This document shows, in pieces, positions 62,260-64,000 of a stretch of DNA of 64,000 nt. The DNA lies in assembly GCA_026770705.1 (NCBI GenBank), contig JANJGN010000140.1, positions 1,116,001 through 1,180,000 on the forward strand, read 5' to 3'. Under the pieces are notes generated by a model, which saw only the letters and a program-made list of their open reading frames with translations, ran no database searches and was not told the origin of the DNA. The first letter of the stretch is position 1. The number at the start of each line of letters is the position of its first letter. Source of the stretch: Isurus oxyrinchus (taxonomy: Eukaryota). The position numbers were made by a program, and so were the translations under genes.

Positions 62260-62990
62260 AGCATTTATACAGCGCCTTCAGAGTATCAATATATCAAACA
62301 CATTTCATGTGAGTGTTCTCACTAAATTTAATAGCGAGGTAAATAAGAAAATATCATTGCAGAAGGTAAAGCCTTTAGTCAAAGGGATAGGTTTCAAGAA
62401 GCCTCTGAAGGAGATAAAGAGAGGTAGAGGGGAAGGGAATTGTATAGTTCATTGCCTTGGCAGCTGAAGTCACAGACGCCGATGGTGGAGTCATTAAAAT
62501 GGGGAATGTACAAATTGTTAGGCTTGCAAGAGTGCAGATATGTGCAAGCGCATTATAACTGGAGAGAGTTACAGGCAGAGGGAGGGGACGTCATATAGAA
62601 ATTTAAAAATAAGGAGGAGAATTCTCAGAATGAAGTGCTGCTCAACCGAGAGCCAATGTAGATTAGCAAGCACAAGAGATGATGAATGAATGAGACTTGG
62701 TGCGAGTTACGGCTTGGGCAGCAGGCAGAGTACTAGATGAGGCTAAGTCTATGGATGGCAGAACGTGGGAAACCGGCCAGGGACACGTTGCAGTATTCAA
62801 AACTATAAATAGCAAAGGCATAGATGGCTTTCCATCAGCAGATGAGCTGAGACTGTGGATGAGACGGATATTGCTATGGTTGTGGAAGATGGCAGTCTTA
62901 CTGATGGTGCGGGTATTTTGTTGGAAAAATCCCTGATGGTGATAAATACTGTTGGTGAAGTGGAGGCAGAAACAGGCTATATTCGGCAAT
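62260..62990 (-). mobile_element. L2-like LINE remnant
   Basis: gcatttatacagcgcctt...gagccaatgtagattagcaagcac, typical of reverse L2 3' regions. Confidence 0.55.
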
Positions 62991-63004
62991 TGTAAACTCA
63001 CAGA

Positions 63005-64000
63005 ATCACACAGTGCAGAAGATGCCCTTCAGCCAATCGAGTCCGCACCGACACGTGAAAAACACCTGACCTACCGATCTAATCCCATTTACCAGCACTT
63101 GGCCAATAACCTTGAATGTAATGACGTGCCAAGTGCTCATCCAGGCACTTTTTAAAGGATGTGAGACAACCAGCCTCCACCACCCTCCCAGGCAATGCAT
63201 TCCAGACCGTCACCACCCTCTGGGTAAAAAGGCTTTTCCTCACATCCCCGCTAAACCTCTTGCCTCTCACCTTGAGCTTATGTACACTCGTGACTGACCT
63301 TTCAACTAACGGGAACAGCTGCTCCCTATCCGCCCTCTCCATGACCCTTATACTCTTGTACACCTCGATCAGGTCGCCCCTCAGTCTTCTCTGCTCCAAC
63401 GAAAACAAGTCTATCCAATTCTCTTCATAACTTAAATATTTCACCCCAGGCAACATCCTGGTGAATCACCTCTGCACCCCCTCCAGTGCAATCGCATCTT
63501 TCCTATAATGTGGCGACCAGAACTGCACATAGTGCTCCAGCTGTGGCCTCAACAAGGTTCCATACAACTCCAACATGACCTCCCTACTTTTGTAATTTAT
63601 GCCTGGATTGTTAAAGGCAAGAGTCCCATATGCCTTTTTCACTACCCCACTAACATCCCCCTCTGCCTTCAGAGACCTATCGACACACACGGCAAGGTCC
63701 CTTTGTTCCTCAGAACTTTCTAGTGTCATGCCGTTCATTTAATGCTACCTTGTCAAATTGCTCCTTCCAAAGTGTTTCACCTCACACTTTTCAGGGTTAA
63801 ATTCCATCTGCCACTTATCTGCCCATTTGATCATCCCGCCTATATGATACTATAACCCAAGACACTCAACCTCACTGTTAACCATCCAGCCAATCTTTGT
63901 GTCATCCGCAAACTTACTAATCCTACCTCCCATTTAGTCATCTATGTCGTTTATATAAATGACAAATAATAGGGGACCCAGCACAGAGCCCCGTGGTACG
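63005..64000 (-). mobile_element. CR1 LINE RT C-terminus and 3' end (continues beyond window)
   Basis: VPRGSVLGPLLFVIYINDID...ISKFADDTK; RPQLEHYVQFWSPHYRKD..ALEGVQ; LEQRRLRGDLIEVYK. Confidence 0.93.

Overview
Eukaryotic vertebrate DNA, almost certainly from a shark or other elasmobranch (species not determinable here), from an antigen-receptor region. The left edge holds an apparently intact IgM-type VH gene on the minus strand (leader, V exon, 23-RSS). About 400 bp downstream is a D1 segment flanked by 12- and 22-bp-spacer RSSs; the unit runs off the window. From 34 to 44 kb lies a group of TCR alpha/delta-like V pseudogenes. Six of them form a head-to-head mirror duplication of a three-gene cassette (A<-C<-B | B->C->A) with reciprocal losses, and a seventh has lost its RSS to a CR1 fragment. 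Two tandem single-exon rhodopsin delta-group GPCR genes (50.5 and 59 kb) are both disrupted and share atypical signalling motifs. The rest is repeats: a ~10-kb 54-bp (2x27) satellite, a ~67-bp satellite, RTE, CR1 and L2-type LINEs, tRNA-derived SINEs, and many Penelope-like (GIY-YIG) elements whose terminal repeats carry minimal hammerhead ribozymes. Two locally templated inverted duplications (526 bp and 222 bp) are also present. All calls come from manual reading; repeat boundaries are approximate, and family names come from motif recognition rather than database searches.
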